A DNA stretch of 63,788 nt, filler included, from Octopus bimaculoides (lineage: Eukaryota): assembly GCF_001194135.2 (NCBI RefSeq). It is 8 parts of 7 records of this genome, joined end to end, with 100 filler letters (N's around TTAATTAATTAA, not from the genome) between each part and the next. Parts side by side here need not be neighbours in the genome. Positions count along the whole stretch, not along the records: positions 59,278 to 63,788 come from NC_068996.1; 7 more parts are not named here. One strand, 5' to 3'. A program made the position numbers and the translations under genes. Below are positions 63,040-63,788 of the stretch, one piece after another (within the stretch, counting starts at the first letter, position 1; each line of letters starts with the position of its first letter). Below the pieces are notes generated by a model. The model was not told where the DNA came from and did no database searches. It worked only from the letters and a program-made list of their open reading frames with translations.

Positions 63040-63610
63040 TGAGAGAGAGAGAGAGAGAGCGTATATCCTCTGAGCAATGCTCAATCAATCTAGAGTCTGC
63101 ATTGTCTGGATGTAGATTGCCGCATTTACTCTAAAAATGTCAGAAGGTGTAACATGGTCTCCATTGCTCAGACCCCCAAAACATTACACACGATGGGAAC
63201 TTGGTGTAGAGACATCTGTCATTCCTCACTTTTTGACCTTGAAAAATGTTCTTCTCAGATGAGTAAAATCAGGGCAAATCGGGCTCCTTAGGGTGCTTGA
63301 GTGTGTTCAGCAAGTCCTTTGACCAGATCAGATTTTTCTTCCAAGTCTTGTCAAACATGAACTGTCCTCTTGATTTGTACCTCATGTGTCCGTATTTTAC
63401 ACGTTTAATCGTTGGTGCTGACACCGTGAGATGATTGGCAATGGTCCTCGTTGATCTGCTGGGATTCTCATCGTTGATGATGCTCCGGACTTGCTAGGTA
63501 AACTTGACTTCTCTAACAATGTCTGACCGTCGAAAATCACAATGAGACTCACATTTCCACCAGAAGTCAGGAGCTCTTTACTGATCTTAAATGCGAAGGG
63601 CCTGAAGACA
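62570..63610 (-). pseudogene. Tc1/mariner (maT-like) transposase remnant split by (TG)n/(GA)n
   Basis: Minus strand N-terminal IINDENPSRSTRTIANHL..SEKN..; C-terminal APNLNSLDYYI*GVVERETHKH..SRFRSCIKAVIKADGGFIQ*. Confidence 0.8.
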
Positions 63611-63788
63611 TTTAAGTGTGTGTGTGTGTGTCAGTGTCTGTGTATGTGTGTGTATGTATATATATATATATATTATAGATAAGAAAGTAAATTTCGAAGA
63701 TTGGGTTTTTACCCTTAAATACCCAATCTTTCTCAGCTATTTTTAAAGCTATACTGTGTCCGAAATCCACTTTCTTCTCTGTAAAATA

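Overview
AT-rich, microsatellite-dense, gapped eukaryotic scaffold. The repeat families and the TTAATTAATTAA contig linkers are most consistent with a coleoid cephalopod (Octopus-like) draft assembly; this is inference and was not database-checked. No protein-coding gene can be identified with confidence. Nearly all ORF-track entries are microsatellite or N-gap artefacts, and the protein-like ones are transposon remnants. Recognisable content: at least four tRNA-headed SINE families, several Penelope-like (GIY-YIG/RT) remnants, two R4/Dong-type restriction-like-endonuclease (RLE) LINE 3' fragments, CR1/L2- and RTE-type 3' ends, and hAT, Tigger/pogo, mariner and Helitron-like DNA elements. Most interesting observations: (1) several unrelated short elements carry minimal type-I hammerhead ribozyme motifs, one near-intact at 13517-13561 and a head-to-head pair in a ~420-bp inverted repeat at 18981-19400; (2) RLE retrotransposons sit inside microsatellites on both flanks, one in (TAA)n and one in (CATA)n, next to a 535-bp non-coding (TAA)n-flanked element; (3) a near-perfect ~200-bp inverted duplication brackets a decayed hAT transposase. 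A few CpG-rich promoter-like patches and candidate exons are reported at low confidence.
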